A stretch of 64,000 nt of DNA. Source: Candidatus Diapherotrites archaeon ADurb.Bin253. Lineage in GTDB: Archaea > Nanobdellota > Nanobdellia > Pacearchaeales > GW2011-AR1. Shown one piece after another: positions 55,599 to 64,000 of this stretch (positions are counted from its first letter, which is position 1; every line of letters starts with the position of its first letter). The stretch lies in the NCBI GenBank assembly GCA_002069705.1, contig MWBV01000002.1, positions 2,691-66,690 on the forward strand. The letters are read 5' to 3'. The notes under the pieces were generated by a model. The model saw only the letters and a list, made by a program, of their open reading frames with translations, made no database searches and was not told the origin of the DNA. The translations under genes and the position numbers were made by a program.

Positions 55599-57482
55599 AT
55601 GGAAATTTTAGATAGAATTACAGAAAAATTACATGGAAAAGTTAAAGAAGCTAATTTTGAAGGAGCAAATATAGTTCTATATACTGATAATGAGAAATTT
55701 TTCAAAGAAGGAGAAGGTCAGATAAAAAAGATAGTTGATGAAATAAAAAAAAGAATAGAACTTCGTGCAGATCAGAAAATTTTATCTCCAAAAGAAGCAA
55801 CAGAGAAAAAAATAAGAGAAATAGTTCCAGAAGAAGCAGAAATAACAGAAATTTTATTTGATGCTCCAAGAAGCATAGTTGTTATAGAAGCTAAAAAACC
55901 AGGATTAGTTATTGGAAAAGGAGGTTCTATACTTGAGGATATTAGAAAAGAAACTCTCTGGGTTCCACAGGTTCAGCGTTCTCCTGCAATAAGAAGCAAG
56001 ATAACAGAAAATATCAGAGAAGTTCTTTATGATAACAATAATTACAGAAGAAAATTCCTTAATGATATAGGTGAAAAAATTTACAAAGGATGGAATCCAG
56101 ATAAAATAGAAGAGTGGGTAAGATTGAGTTTCTTAGGAAGTGGAAGACAAGTTGGAAGAAGCTGTTTGCTTTTGCAGACCCCTAATTCAAATATTCTTTT
56201 AGATTGTGGAATTGATGTGGCTTCTTCAGGAAATGATAAATTCCCTTATTTTAATATTCCAGAATTTGATATCTCTCAATTAGATGCAATTATATTGAGT
56301 CATGCACACTTAGACCATTCAGGATTACTTCCTTATCTTTACAAGATGGGATATCGTGGACCTGTATATATGACTGCTCCTACAAGAGACATTGCAGCTC
56401 TTCTTGCTTTGGATTTTATAGGTGTTGCTTACAAACAAGCTGCTGCTCCTTTATTTAGTTCAGCAGATATAAAAGAGATGGTAAAACACAGTATTTGTTT
56501 GAATTACAATGAAGTAACTGATGTTACACCAGATATAAGAATAACTCTCTACAATGCAGGACATGTATTGGGCTCTGCACAAGTTCATATCAATATAGGA
56601 AATGGTTTACATAATTTTGTATATACAGGAGATATGAAATACGGCAAGACAAGACTTTTGGACCCTGCTGTAAACAAATATACAAGAGTAGAATCAATTC
56701 AAGTAGAATCTACTTATGGGAGCAAAGAAGATATTCTTCCTCCAAGAAAAGATACTGAAAAGAAATTTATTGACATGGTAAGAGAAACAATTGAAAAAGG
56801 AGGAAAAGTTCTTCTTCCAGAATTAGGTTTAGGTCATGCTCAGGAAACTCTTTTAAGAGTTGAAGAAGCTATACGAACAGGAGAACTTCCAAAAATACCT
56901 ATGTATATTGATGGTATGATTTGGGATATTAATGCTATTCACACAGCATACCCTGATTTTTTAAGTGCAAACATACGTTCTTCAATTTTCCAAGATAAAA
57001 ATCCATTTGTTTCAGATATTTTTGTAAGAGTTGCTTCACCTCAAGAAAGAAAACAAGTTATTGAAGGAGGTCCTTGCATAGTTATTGCAACTTCAGGTAT
57101 GCTTGTTGGAGGAGCTTCTGTTGAATATTTCAGATACTTTGCAGACAATCCAAATAACCTTATTATATTGAGTTCATATCAAGGTCCAGGTTCACTTGGA
57201 AGAAAATTACAAGATGGTGAAAAAGTAGTTTCTATTGAAGGAGAGAGAGGAATGCAGGAAATAAAGGTAAATATGAGAGTAGAATTATTAAGTGGTTTAA
57301 CTCCTCACTCAGGAAGAAATGAATTAATGTCTTTCTTCAATAACATGTATCCAAAACCAAAAAGAATACTTATTAATCATGGAGAAGTTTCAAAGTCTTT
57401 GGATTTAGCTTCTTCATTATACAAAGTTCATAGGGTAGAAACAACTGTTCCAAGAAATCTTGAAATTGTTAGATTGAGATGA
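55599..57482 (+). CDS. fttA: aCPSF1/FttA: KH-domain beta-CASP ribonuclease, archaeal transcription termination factor
   Basis: N-terminal KH region (LVIGKGGSILEDIRKE), metallo-beta-lactamase LSHAHLDHSGLLPYL, and beta-CASP end LSGLTPHSGRNEL. 627 aa. Confidence 0.9.
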   Translation: MEILDRITEKLHGKVKEANFEGANIVLYTDNEKFFKEGEGQIKKIVDEIKKRIELRADQKILSPKEATEKKIREIVPEEAEITEILFDAPRSIVVIEAKKPGLVIGKGGSILEDIRKETLWVPQVQRSPAIRSKITENIREVLYDNNNYRRKFLNDIGEKIYKGWNPDKIEEWVRLSFLGSGRQVGRSCLLLQTPNSNILLDCGIDVASSGNDKFPYFNIPEFDISQLDAIILSHAHLDHSGLLPYLYKMGYRGPVYMTAPTRDIAALLALDFIGVAYKQAAAPLFSSADIKEMVKHSICLNYNEVTDVTPDIRITLYNAGHVLGSAQVHINIGNGLHNFVYTGDMKYGKTRLLDPAVNKYTRVESIQVESTYGSKEDILPPRKDTEKKFIDMVRETIEKGGKVLLPELGLGHAQETLLRVEEAIRTGELPKIPMYIDGMIWDINAIHTAYPDFLSANIRSSIFQDKNPFVSDIFVRVASPQERKQVIEGGPCIVIATSGMLVGGASVEYFRYFADNPNNLIILSSYQGPGSLGRKLQDGEKVVSIEGERGMQEIKVNMRVELLSGLTPHSGRNELMSFFNNMYPKPKRILINHGEVSKSLDLASSLYKVHRVETTVPRNLEIVRLR

Positions 57483-57556
57483 TTTTATATTTCTTATTAT
57501 ATCTTAAATAAGATAACTATACAAATTATTATAAATTAGATATACCTAATATAAAT

Positions 57557-57778
57557 ATGGCTTCAAGAATAAGAGAATATTTTGAAAGACATTATAGTTT
57601 TTTAAAAGGTTTAGCTAGTATAGGTGTTTCTGGAATCTATCAGCCTAAATTACCCTCTTGGATGAAAGAGGGATTAACTCCTCAAGAGCAGGATTATCTT
57701 GCAACAAAAGAGGATTGGGAAAAAGTAGGAAGTGATTTAGAAAAAGCAATGAAAAACACAGAATTAAACAAAGAGTAA
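57557..57778 (+). CDS. Hypothetical protein, 73 aa
   Basis: Track ORF. No motif recognised. Confidence 0.4.
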   Translation: MASRIREYFERHYSFLKGLASIGVSGIYQPKLPSWMKEGLTPQEQDYLATKEDWEKVGSDLEKAMKNTELNKE

Positions 57779-57780
57779 TA

Positions 57781-58353
57781 TTATTTTTTATCTTTATTAA
57801 TTTCTTTCCACTCTTTTTTTGTTAATGCCATCTTGTATTCGTCTCTTCCTGTTTCAGGTTCTTTTAATTCTTCAGTTATCTTAAATCCCATTTTTTGGTA
57901 GAGATTTGAAGCAGGATTGTTTTTATATACATCTAAATTTATTTGAGATACATGTATTGAATTAAAAGCATAATCTATCATTAATTTAAGTGCTTCTTTC
58001 CCAAATCCTTTTCCTCTATCTCCAATCATTATTCCTATTTCAGGTCCTTTCTTAAAATCTGGACTATCAACTAAATTAATATCTCCTACTGGTTTTCCTG
58101 TTTCATTATCATATATTCCAAGAGTTAAATTTGAGAGGTCTTCTCTCCACTCATTATGCATCTGAATAATCTCTTGAATACTCATGTCTTCTTCCTCTCC
58201 AATACCATCTATAATTTCTATTTGTCTTAACCACTGATAATATTTTTCATAGAATTCGTCCTCTACAATTGGTCTTAATGTTATTTTTTCCCCAATAAGA
58301 ACAGGAAAAGTTTTTTTGTTCTTTTTGTGATATCTTGCTATCTCTTTTGCCAC
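57781..58353 (-). CDS. GNAT N-acetyltransferase (RimJ/RimL-like), GTG start
   Basis: GEKITLRPI, RGKGFGKEALKLMIDYAF and LYQKMGFKITEE. Confidence 0.75.
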   Translation of the reverse strand: MAKEIARYHKKNKKTFPVLIGEKITLRPIVEDEFYEKYYQWLRQIEIIDGIGEEEDMSIQEIIQMHNEWREDLSNLTLGIYDNETGKPVGDINLVDSPDFKKGPEIGIMIGDRGKGFGKEALKLMIDYAFNSIHVSQINLDVYKNNPASNLYQKMGFKITEELKEPETGRDEYKMALTKKEWKEINKDKK

Positions 58354-58403
58354 CTATATTCTTGTTATTTAAACTTTAAAAACCCTAATATCTTGTATAA
58401 TAC

Positions 58404-59306
58404 ATGAAACACAACCTCAAAGTAACACTCATAATTCTTGCTATGTTTGTTGTAACTCAATTTATTGGTTTATATGTTGTGAATCATTACTCAGTTAATG
58501 GACATGAACTTCCCTATGGAATGGAAGTTCCTGAAGCAGAACAGGAAACAGATTTTTACACCTCTTTTTTGCCTTCAATAGTAATTGCTTTTATATTTGC
58601 AATACTCTTACTCATACTTCTCACAAAGTTTAATTTTAATTTTATTTTAAAACTGTGGTTTTTTGCAGTTATTCTTATAGCAATAGGAATCTTCCTAAAC
58701 ACCTTTTTTCCAAATGAAAAATACTTTCCATATATTGCATTAATCTTTGCACTCCCATTAGCAATATTAAAAATATTTAAAAGAGATTTTTTAGTTCACA
58801 ATGCAACAGAACTTGTTATTTACCCTGCTATAGCTGCAGTTTTTGTTCCTCTTTTAAATATATGGACAGTAATAATCTTATTAGTATTAATTTCTATATA
58901 TGATATGTGGGCAGTCTGGCGTTCAGGAGTTATGCAAAAGATGGCTAATTATCAGATAAATGAGCTTAAGATTTTCTCTGGTTTCTTTATCCCGTATGTT
59001 TCCAAGAAAGTTAGAATGGAGATAAAGAAAACTCCTAAATCAGAATTAAAGAAAAAGAAGATTAAAGTAAATATGGCTATTTTAGGAGGAGGAGATGTTG
59101 TTTTCCCAATAATAACTTCAGGAGTAGTTCTTGCTAACTTTGGAGCAGTTCCTGCAATATTTGTAATCCTTGGAGCAACACTAGGACTTAGTTATCTTTT
59201 GTTCTTTGCAGAGAAAAAGAAATTCTATCCTGCAATGCCTTTCATAACTGCAGGTATTTTCCTAGGTATTTTAATTTCTTGGGCATTAAAGTTAATCACC
59301 TTTTAA
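58404..59306 (+). CDS. Presenilin/signal-peptide-peptidase homolog (A22 intramembrane aspartyl protease)
   Basis: Polytopic protein. It carries the YD motif in ISIYDMWAVW, GxGD in AILGGGDVVFP and a PAL-like YPAMPFITAG. Confidence 0.7.
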   Translation: MKHNLKVTLIILAMFVVTQFIGLYVVNHYSVNGHELPYGMEVPEAEQETDFYTSFLPSIVIAFIFAILLLILLTKFNFNFILKLWFFAVILIAIGIFLNTFFPNEKYFPYIALIFALPLAILKIFKRDFLVHNATELVIYPAIAAVFVPLLNIWTVIILLVLISIYDMWAVWRSGVMQKMANYQINELKIFSGFFIPYVSKKVRMEIKKTPKSELKKKKIKVNMAILGGGDVVFPIITSGVVLANFGAVPAIFVILGATLGLSYLLFFAEKKKFYPAMPFITAGIFLGILISWALKLITF

Positions 59307-59635
59307 TCTTCCCTTTTTATAGTTTCTTTTAAGATTTCTCCATTCTGCTTTTTTATTATATATTCTATTGTTTCTTCATTTGTTGGTTCAAGAAAATAGC
59401 CATTTGGAGATATTTCCAGAAAAGCATCTTCATGCACTAATTCATATAAATTGCACCCATATTGGGGATTATATCTCATAGTTTTATATGGATTAAGTGT
59501 TATTTCTCTTCCTTCTACACTTTTTATATATCCTGCTATTGTGATATTTCCAGTAATATTTGCAAAAAACCATTTATTAATAGATTCTTCAAGTTTGCTT
59601 TTCCTTTTATCTATTCCAAATTTATTTTGGCTCAT
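59303..59635 (-). CDS. Hypothetical protein, about 110 aa
   Basis: The track ORF extends to 59698. The ATG at 59635 (MSQNKFGIDKRK) lies 21 nt downstream of a TTTATAAA box (59657-59664), so I prefer it. Confidence 0.45.
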   Translation of the reverse strand: MSQNKFGIDKRKSKLEESINKWFFANITGNITIAGYIKSVEGREITLNPYKTMRYNPQYGCNLYELVHEDAFLEISPNGYFLEPTNEETIEYIIKKQNGEILKETIKRED

Positions 59636-59707
59636 AAATATCCTACCAGTAAACGATTTATAAATCTTTATATTGTAACTACTTATGAAATACAACATGT
59701 AGAAATA

Positions 59708-59715
59708 TTTATAAA
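59708..59715 (+). promoter_or_regulatory. TATA box candidate for the six-gene cassette
   Basis: TTTATAAA lies 21 nt upstream of ATG 59737. Confidence 0.45.
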
Positions 59716-59736
59716 CCCCTAAAGAATAGTAACTTT

Positions 59737-60018
59737 ATGAAAAATTCAGGTTATTTACCCTATCACAAAATAAGGAAGGAAAGTATCAATTCTAGAGAAT
59801 ATCATGGCAATTTAGTGGATATTGTCTGTCTTGGAAGATGGAGATTAGAAGATGAGGCAGATATGAAAATTGAAGCAGGTCTAGCATACAGCCCTTCTGC
59901 AATAAAAGAAAAAGCAAGAGTAATGGATAATTTAGCTGTTCTAAAAGGATACGATGCTTATTTGGAAAATATTCTACCTCAATTTAAGAAAAGTCTTATG
60001 GGAGCATTACTTAATTAA
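59737..60018 (+). CDS. Hypothetical protein, 93 aa (cassette gene 1)
   Basis: Track ORF. The next ATG follows its stop after 1 nt. Confidence 0.5.
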   Translation: MKNSGYLPYHKIRKESINSREYHGNLVDIVCLGRWRLEDEADMKIEAGLAYSPSAIKEKARVMDNLAVLKGYDAYLENILPQFKKSLMGALLN

Positions 60019-60019
60019 A

Positions 60020-60412
60020 ATGAACACACAAAAAGAAAACAAGAATTTGGAAGAGAAGGTTGATGATATTATCAAAACCACATCTCTTAGAAATAAATTA
60101 AAATCAATAGAAAATCAAAGAAAAGAAGTAAAATTAGAAGATATAAATAATATTTTACAAAGATATAATACAATAGTTGATTATTTTGTAGAAAATAGAG
60201 ACAGAGTAGAAAGCAACAGAACATACCTTGTAGAAGTAATGTATGGATTATCAAAATGTATTGTTCCTGTGGTGTATGGTGATAGTCAATTAAAGGAAAA
60301 AGATTCTAATTTTATCTTAATCAAGAAACTATCTAATGAAATAAAAGATATGCTTAATATTAAATCAGAATATAAAAGTGGAACAGGAACAGGTGTAGGA
60401 GGTTCAATTTAA
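60020..60412 (+). CDS. Hypothetical protein, 130 aa (cassette gene 2)
   Basis: The track ORF starts upstream, inside gene 1. The ATG at 60020 (MNTQKENKN) follows the gene 1 stop by 1 nt. It has coiled-coil-like composition and a Gly-rich end GTGTGVGGSI. Confidence 0.5.
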   Translation: MNTQKENKNLEEKVDDIIKTTSLRNKLKSIENQRKEVKLEDINNILQRYNTIVDYFVENRDRVESNRTYLVEVMYGLSKCIVPVVYGDSQLKEKDSNFILIKKLSNEIKDMLNIKSEYKSGTGTGVGGSI

Positions 60413-60413
60413 A

Positions 60414-61208
60414 ATGTTAGTTAAACAGGAATTAATTAATAAAATCAAAGATTATTTTGATTTGAATGTTTATGAAACAAAAGTATGGCTTGCTTTAATT
60501 GGAAAAGGCTCAGCTTCTGCAGGTGAAATTGCAGAGCTTTCAGGAGTTCCAAGAAGTAGAACTTATGATGTTTTAGAAACACTTGAAAAAAAAGGTTTTG
60601 CAATAGTTAAACTTGGTAAACCTGTTAAGTATTTGGGTGTAAAACCAAGAATGATTCTTGACAAACTTAGAAATAATGTAAGAAGTGAAGCAGAAGAAAG
60701 AATACAAAGTCTTTCAAATATAAAAGACACAGAAGAATTTGCTCAACTTGAAGAAATTTACAAAGGTGGAGTAGACCCTGTTAAAAGAGAAGATGTTTCT
60801 GCTGCAATAAAAGGAAGGTCTAATATTTCAAATTATTTAAGAGAAATAATAAGAAATGCTAAAAGAGAAGTATTAATATGTGCAAGTGCAAGAGATATAC
60901 TTTCAAAAACAAAATTATTCCAACAAACTTTTAATGTTTTGAAAAAAGAAAACATCAAGATAAGACTCTGCCTTTCAGGAGAAGACAATTTAATAAAGAA
61001 AGCAGAAAATGAATTTGGAATAAAAATAAAGAAAGTTGATGTTATTGCTAAATTCTTTATTATAGACAGAGAAGAAATTTTATTCTATTTATCTAAACCA
61101 GACAGCAAAGAAGAATCAGCAATCTGGCTTAATTCAGAATTCTTTTCAGCATATTTTGCTTCATTGTTTGAATTAGCTTTTGGCACAGATAAAAAGGAGA
61201 AAAAGTAA
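60414..61208 (+). CDS. TrmB-family transcriptional regulator (cassette gene 3)
   Basis: The N-terminal winged helix is YETKVWLALIGKGSASAGEIAELSGVPRSRTYDVLETLEKKGFA. 264 aa with a C-terminal effector-type domain. Confidence 0.8.
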   Translation: MLVKQELINKIKDYFDLNVYETKVWLALIGKGSASAGEIAELSGVPRSRTYDVLETLEKKGFAIVKLGKPVKYLGVKPRMILDKLRNNVRSEAEERIQSLSNIKDTEEFAQLEEIYKGGVDPVKREDVSAAIKGRSNISNYLREIIRNAKREVLICASARDILSKTKLFQQTFNVLKKENIKIRLCLSGEDNLIKKAENEFGIKIKKVDVIAKFFIIDREEILFYLSKPDSKEESAIWLNSEFFSAYFASLFELAFGTDKKEKK

Positions 61209-61209
61209 A

Positions 61210-61521
61210 ATGGAAGAACAACAAAATTACAATAAAAAACCAAAATATTCAGATAACCTAAAAAGATACCCTTTGGGAGAAGGAAATTGGCTTATGGGGA
61301 TTCAAACTTCAAAAAGATTTCATTGTTGGGGAGAAATTGCTGGAAAACACATTGATCTTAAAGGTGAGAATCTTCAAGAAGTAGAAAAAGAATTATACAA
61401 TGTTCTTGAAAAACTAAAAATAGATTATTTGAATAAGGCAAGCAAATCAGAAGAAATTGCTCTTAGAATAAAAGAAAATGGTCTTGAAAAGACTTCTAAA
61501 TATTTAGGAGGAAAAAAATAA
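61210..61521 (+). CDS. Hypothetical protein, 103 aa (cassette gene 4)
   Basis: The ATG at 61210 (MEEQQNYNKK) lies 1 nt after the TrmB stop. Confidence 0.5.
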   Translation: MEEQQNYNKKPKYSDNLKRYPLGEGNWLMGIQTSKRFHCWGEIAGKHIDLKGENLQEVEKELYNVLEKLKIDYLNKASKSEEIALRIKENGLEKTSKYLGGKK

Positions 61522-61522
61522 A

Positions 61523-61846
61523 ATGCAAGAAAAACTAGTTTACACTGCGAAAGAAAGAATTCCAGGGCAAAACAACTTTGTAAGGATAAACGAGTCTGTA
61601 GGTGTTGTATTGAAAAGACTTGGATGGAAAGTTTTAAACAGCACTTATTTGCTTTCAGAAGGCCTACCTGTTGAAGCATATGGATATTATGTTCTTCCAG
61701 GTATAGGAGTTATAAAAACAGTTTTAACTTCAGAAGATTCAGAATACAACTTTCATGTTTGTATTTTAGGATTTGAAGAAGAAAAGCAAGAGTATCACAG
61801 ACTTAAGATGTATCTTGAAGATACTTTGAGAAAAGTTTTACACTGA
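61523..61846 (+). CDS. Hypothetical protein, 107 aa (cassette gene 5)
   Basis: Track ORF starting 1 nt after the gene 4 stop. Confidence 0.5.
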   Translation: MQEKLVYTAKERIPGQNNFVRINESVGVVLKRLGWKVLNSTYLLSEGLPVEAYGYYVLPGIGVIKTVLTSEDSEYNFHVCILGFEEEKQEYHRLKMYLEDTLRKVLH

Positions 61847-61858
61847 TTAATTTACAGA

Positions 61859-62161
61859 ATGGCAGCTTGGAATAATTTGGACATAGGAAGGATAATTGTT
61901 TATAGAAATAATAGTGGTGAAAATAAGAAAATAACAATATGTAATTATGATAAAGAGAAAAACCATATATTAGAGATTTTGGAGTACCCAATTTCTTTAA
62001 CTTCTAAATTAGATGTAATGGGTTTAAATAAAAATAAGGAAGTTAAAAGTGAAGATTATCTTGAAAGACCCGGAGATTGGTGTGCATCAGGAAATGTTTC
62101 TTCAGAAGAAAGAAGTGTATTAGAGAAATTAGCTGGTTTTTCTAATGATATTCAAATATAA
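61859..62161 (+). CDS. Hypothetical protein, 100 aa (cassette gene 6)
   Basis: Track ORF with a 12-nt gap after gene 5. Its end overlaps the convergent cca gene by 10 nt. Confidence 0.5.
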   Translation: MAAWNNLDIGRIIVYRNNSGENKKITICNYDKEKNHILEILEYPISLTSKLDVMGLNKNKEVKSEDYLERPGDWCASGNVSSEERSVLEKLAGFSNDIQI

Positions 62162-63441
62162 TTAAACTCTTTTATGTACATTTCGTTTATTATCTTTGTA
62201 TTTTTAGTTTTCCATTTATCTAAAAATCCTTTTAAATTAAAATTAATTTTCTCTTTAGCATAGAGTCTTCCTGCTTTTTCATAAACTTCTTTATGTTCTT
62301 TTCTGAAATTGTCACAGTTCTTTTTATCTTTTAAATAAGGCCCAGGATAAATTATCTCTTTCTTTTCCTCTGCTATAAAAAAGGAATCTGCATAATCTTT
62401 ATTGGAATATTCAAATCCTCTTTTTTTCACAATAAAAAATCTGCTTATTTCTTTTGTTAAATATTCATAAAATTTGAGGAGTTTGCTACCTGCTACATCT
62501 CCTTCAGGTTTGCTTGTGCTAGTTTTAATTCTAATAAAGTCCTTTCCTCTTTTAATTGAATATTGCCTCACTTTATTGAAATCTATTGTTTTCAACTCAA
62601 ACTTGTTTATAGAGGGATTTTCAAGGAATTCTTTGCAGGATTTCTGAAACATTTCAAAGGTTTCTTTACTTAATGCAGCTAAAACATTTCTTTGTTTGTA
62701 TGTTGGGTCTATGAGGATAATAGGAGAATTCAGCTTAGAGCTGTTTAAATCCATTAAAACATCTTTTTTATTCTTAAACTGCTTTTCTATATCAATTATC
62801 AATTTCTCTTTTTTGATGTTTAGCTTAGCCATAGCATTTATGAATTTTTCAAATCCCTTGTAATAATAAACGAGTAATTCCAAGGAATATCCAGAAAAAC
62901 CATGTATATATGATTCTGCCCCATAACATCTATTTGCGTAACAAAAAGCCTTTGCAATTTTTATCTCATCTAGTATATTTTTCTTTTTAACTCTCCTGTT
63001 AATGTATTTAACATGAAGATAAGATAAATCAGTTATATTCTCGTGTTCTTTAGGATTTTTTATTTTTCTAACTGGAATTAATTCTATAAAAAAATCTTCA
63101 GAACAGTCTACTCTAAAATAATCTCTGGAGCCATGAACAACACTTATTGTTCTTGATTTATCTATTAATTTTCTGGTTATATCTGAAATTTCTGTGTTTT
63201 TGTATTTTTTATCATATCTTATAAAAACATCTACATCATATCTGTCTTTTTTTATAACAGTTTTTTTTGCAAAACTCCCTCCAACAAAAATTTCTGCATC
63301 TATTTTGTATTTCTTTATGTTTGATTTTATTTCTTTACAGAAAGAATCAACACCTTTTTTTATTCTCTTTAAATCTTCTTCAGGAGGTCTTATTTTTTCA
63401 GTTATCTCTTTTAGAATTTTTTTTACTCTTTTTGTTTTCAT
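62152..63441 (-). CDS. cca: CCA-adding tRNA nucleotidyltransferase, archaeal class I
   Basis: 429 aa. EIFVGGSFAKKTVIKKDRYDVDVFIRY matches the class I G-S ... D-x-D nucleotidyltransferase motif. The size and layout fit archaeal CCA enzymes. Confidence 0.65.
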   Translation of the reverse strand: MKTKRVKKILKEITEKIRPPEEDLKRIKKGVDSFCKEIKSNIKKYKIDAEIFVGGSFAKKTVIKKDRYDVDVFIRYDKKYKNTEISDITRKLIDKSRTISVVHGSRDYFRVDCSEDFFIELIPVRKIKNPKEHENITDLSYLHVKYINRRVKKKNILDEIKIAKAFCYANRCYGAESYIHGFSGYSLELLVYYYKGFEKFINAMAKLNIKKEKLIIDIEKQFKNKKDVLMDLNSSKLNSPIILIDPTYKQRNVLAALSKETFEMFQKSCKEFLENPSINKFELKTIDFNKVRQYSIKRGKDFIRIKTSTSKPEGDVAGSKLLKFYEYLTKEISRFFIVKKRGFEYSNKDYADSFFIAEEKKEIIYPGPYLKDKKNCDNFRKEHKEVYEKAGRLYAKEKINFNLKGFLDKWKTKNTKIINEMYIKEFNYI

Positions 63442-63841
63442 TAGGGTTTTTTATCTCCTTTATATTCTTTACACTTCTTTGTAGAGTCGAAGCTAAATCA
63501 ATAATATATTTTCCTTCTTCAAGTTTGTATATTAAAGGTCTTTTTTTATTGAAGACATTGACTATGTCTATTTCAAATTTACCATCTCCCAAAACTCTGA
63601 CAGATTCTAAATCCAGTATAACAGGTGTTTCCTCGTCGGTTATTCCAACCATTTCTCTTATATCTTTCTCTATTACACTCTTTTCTGTTTCAGGTATTTC
63701 TATTGTTTTATTCTTTATCCGTTCTAATTGTTCTTGTTTTATGTAAAAAAAGAATTTCCCTCCGCAATTGTTGCATCCAGTCAACAATTCTTTGCTTCCT
63801 AAGGGTATTATTTTAGAACATTTGACGCATTGGTGTGGCAT
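63398..63841 (-). CDS. Zn-ribbon protein (COG3364-like)
   Basis: The N-terminus is CVKCSKIIPLGSKELLTGCNNCGGKFFFY, with two CxxC pairs. It overlaps the cca start by 44 nt. Confidence 0.6.
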   Translation of the reverse strand: MPHQCVKCSKIIPLGSKELLTGCNNCGGKFFFYIKQEQLERIKNKTIEIPETEKSVIEKDIREMVGITDEETPVILDLESVRVLGDGKFEIDIVNVFNKKRPLIYKLEEGKYIIDLASTLQRSVKNIKEIKNPNENKKSKKNSKRDN

Positions 63842-64000
63842 AGGACATAAAATTAAGAGAAGTTTATAAAATTAATGCATCATATTCAGTTTATGTTCTA
63901 TGAAAGATTGACGATTTAAGTCGTATAGATATATCTATTTTATTCAGTTTCCAAGTTTTTCCTAGATTAAAATGATTTACCCTCTACATCTATTTTTATG

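Overview
AT-rich (about 30% GC by eye) archaeal chromosomal window. Archaeal identity is supported by PCNA, an archaeal primase, exosome subunits Rrp4/Rrp41/Rrp42, proteasome alpha and beta, RpoK, aCPSF1, ribosomal proteins S19e/L31e/L39e, a class I CCA enzyme and a 16S-tRNAAla-23S operon. The compact genes, short 16S, fused primase and many cysteine-rich surface proteins point to a small-genome DPANN-like lineage (inference). Coding density is high and mostly on the minus strand. Recognisable content falls into six groups. (1) Replication and repair: pcn, fused primase, Hjc-like nuclease, RNase HI, AlkD-like, mre11-rad50. (2) A dense set of RNA-processing genes: exosome operon with SBDS and PsmA, Pop5, RNase P RNA (missed by the ORF track), RNase J, aCPSF1, Cbf5, TrmY, CCA enzyme. 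(3) An rRNA operon with flanking processing stems, plus tRNA-Phe. (4) Sparse metabolism: form III RuBisCO, a short enolase, 2-oxoacid:ferredoxin oxidoreductase, class II LysRS. (5) Accessory material: a three-gene operon for a pilin-like protein and giant Cys-rich surface proteins that runs off the left edge, a 1003-aa chimeric Cys-rich surface protein, tandem pilin-like paralogs, a decayed gene in an 0.8-kb gap next to tRNA-Phe, and a RelE-type TA cassette flanked by a duplicated promoter-like repeat. (6) A tightly coupled six-gene cassette of unknown small proteins around a TrmB-type regulator. The most unusual sequence-level signals are: three perfect-period 44-bp tandem copies of the mre11 start region that build a chain of overlapping uORFs; a recurrent six-cysteine C..C..C..C..CC module shared by three separate surface proteins; an oxidoreductase operon interrupted by two translationally coupled foreign genes; and an RRM/RGG RNA-binding protein, which is rare in archaea. 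All family calls come from motif recognition by eye; no database search was run.
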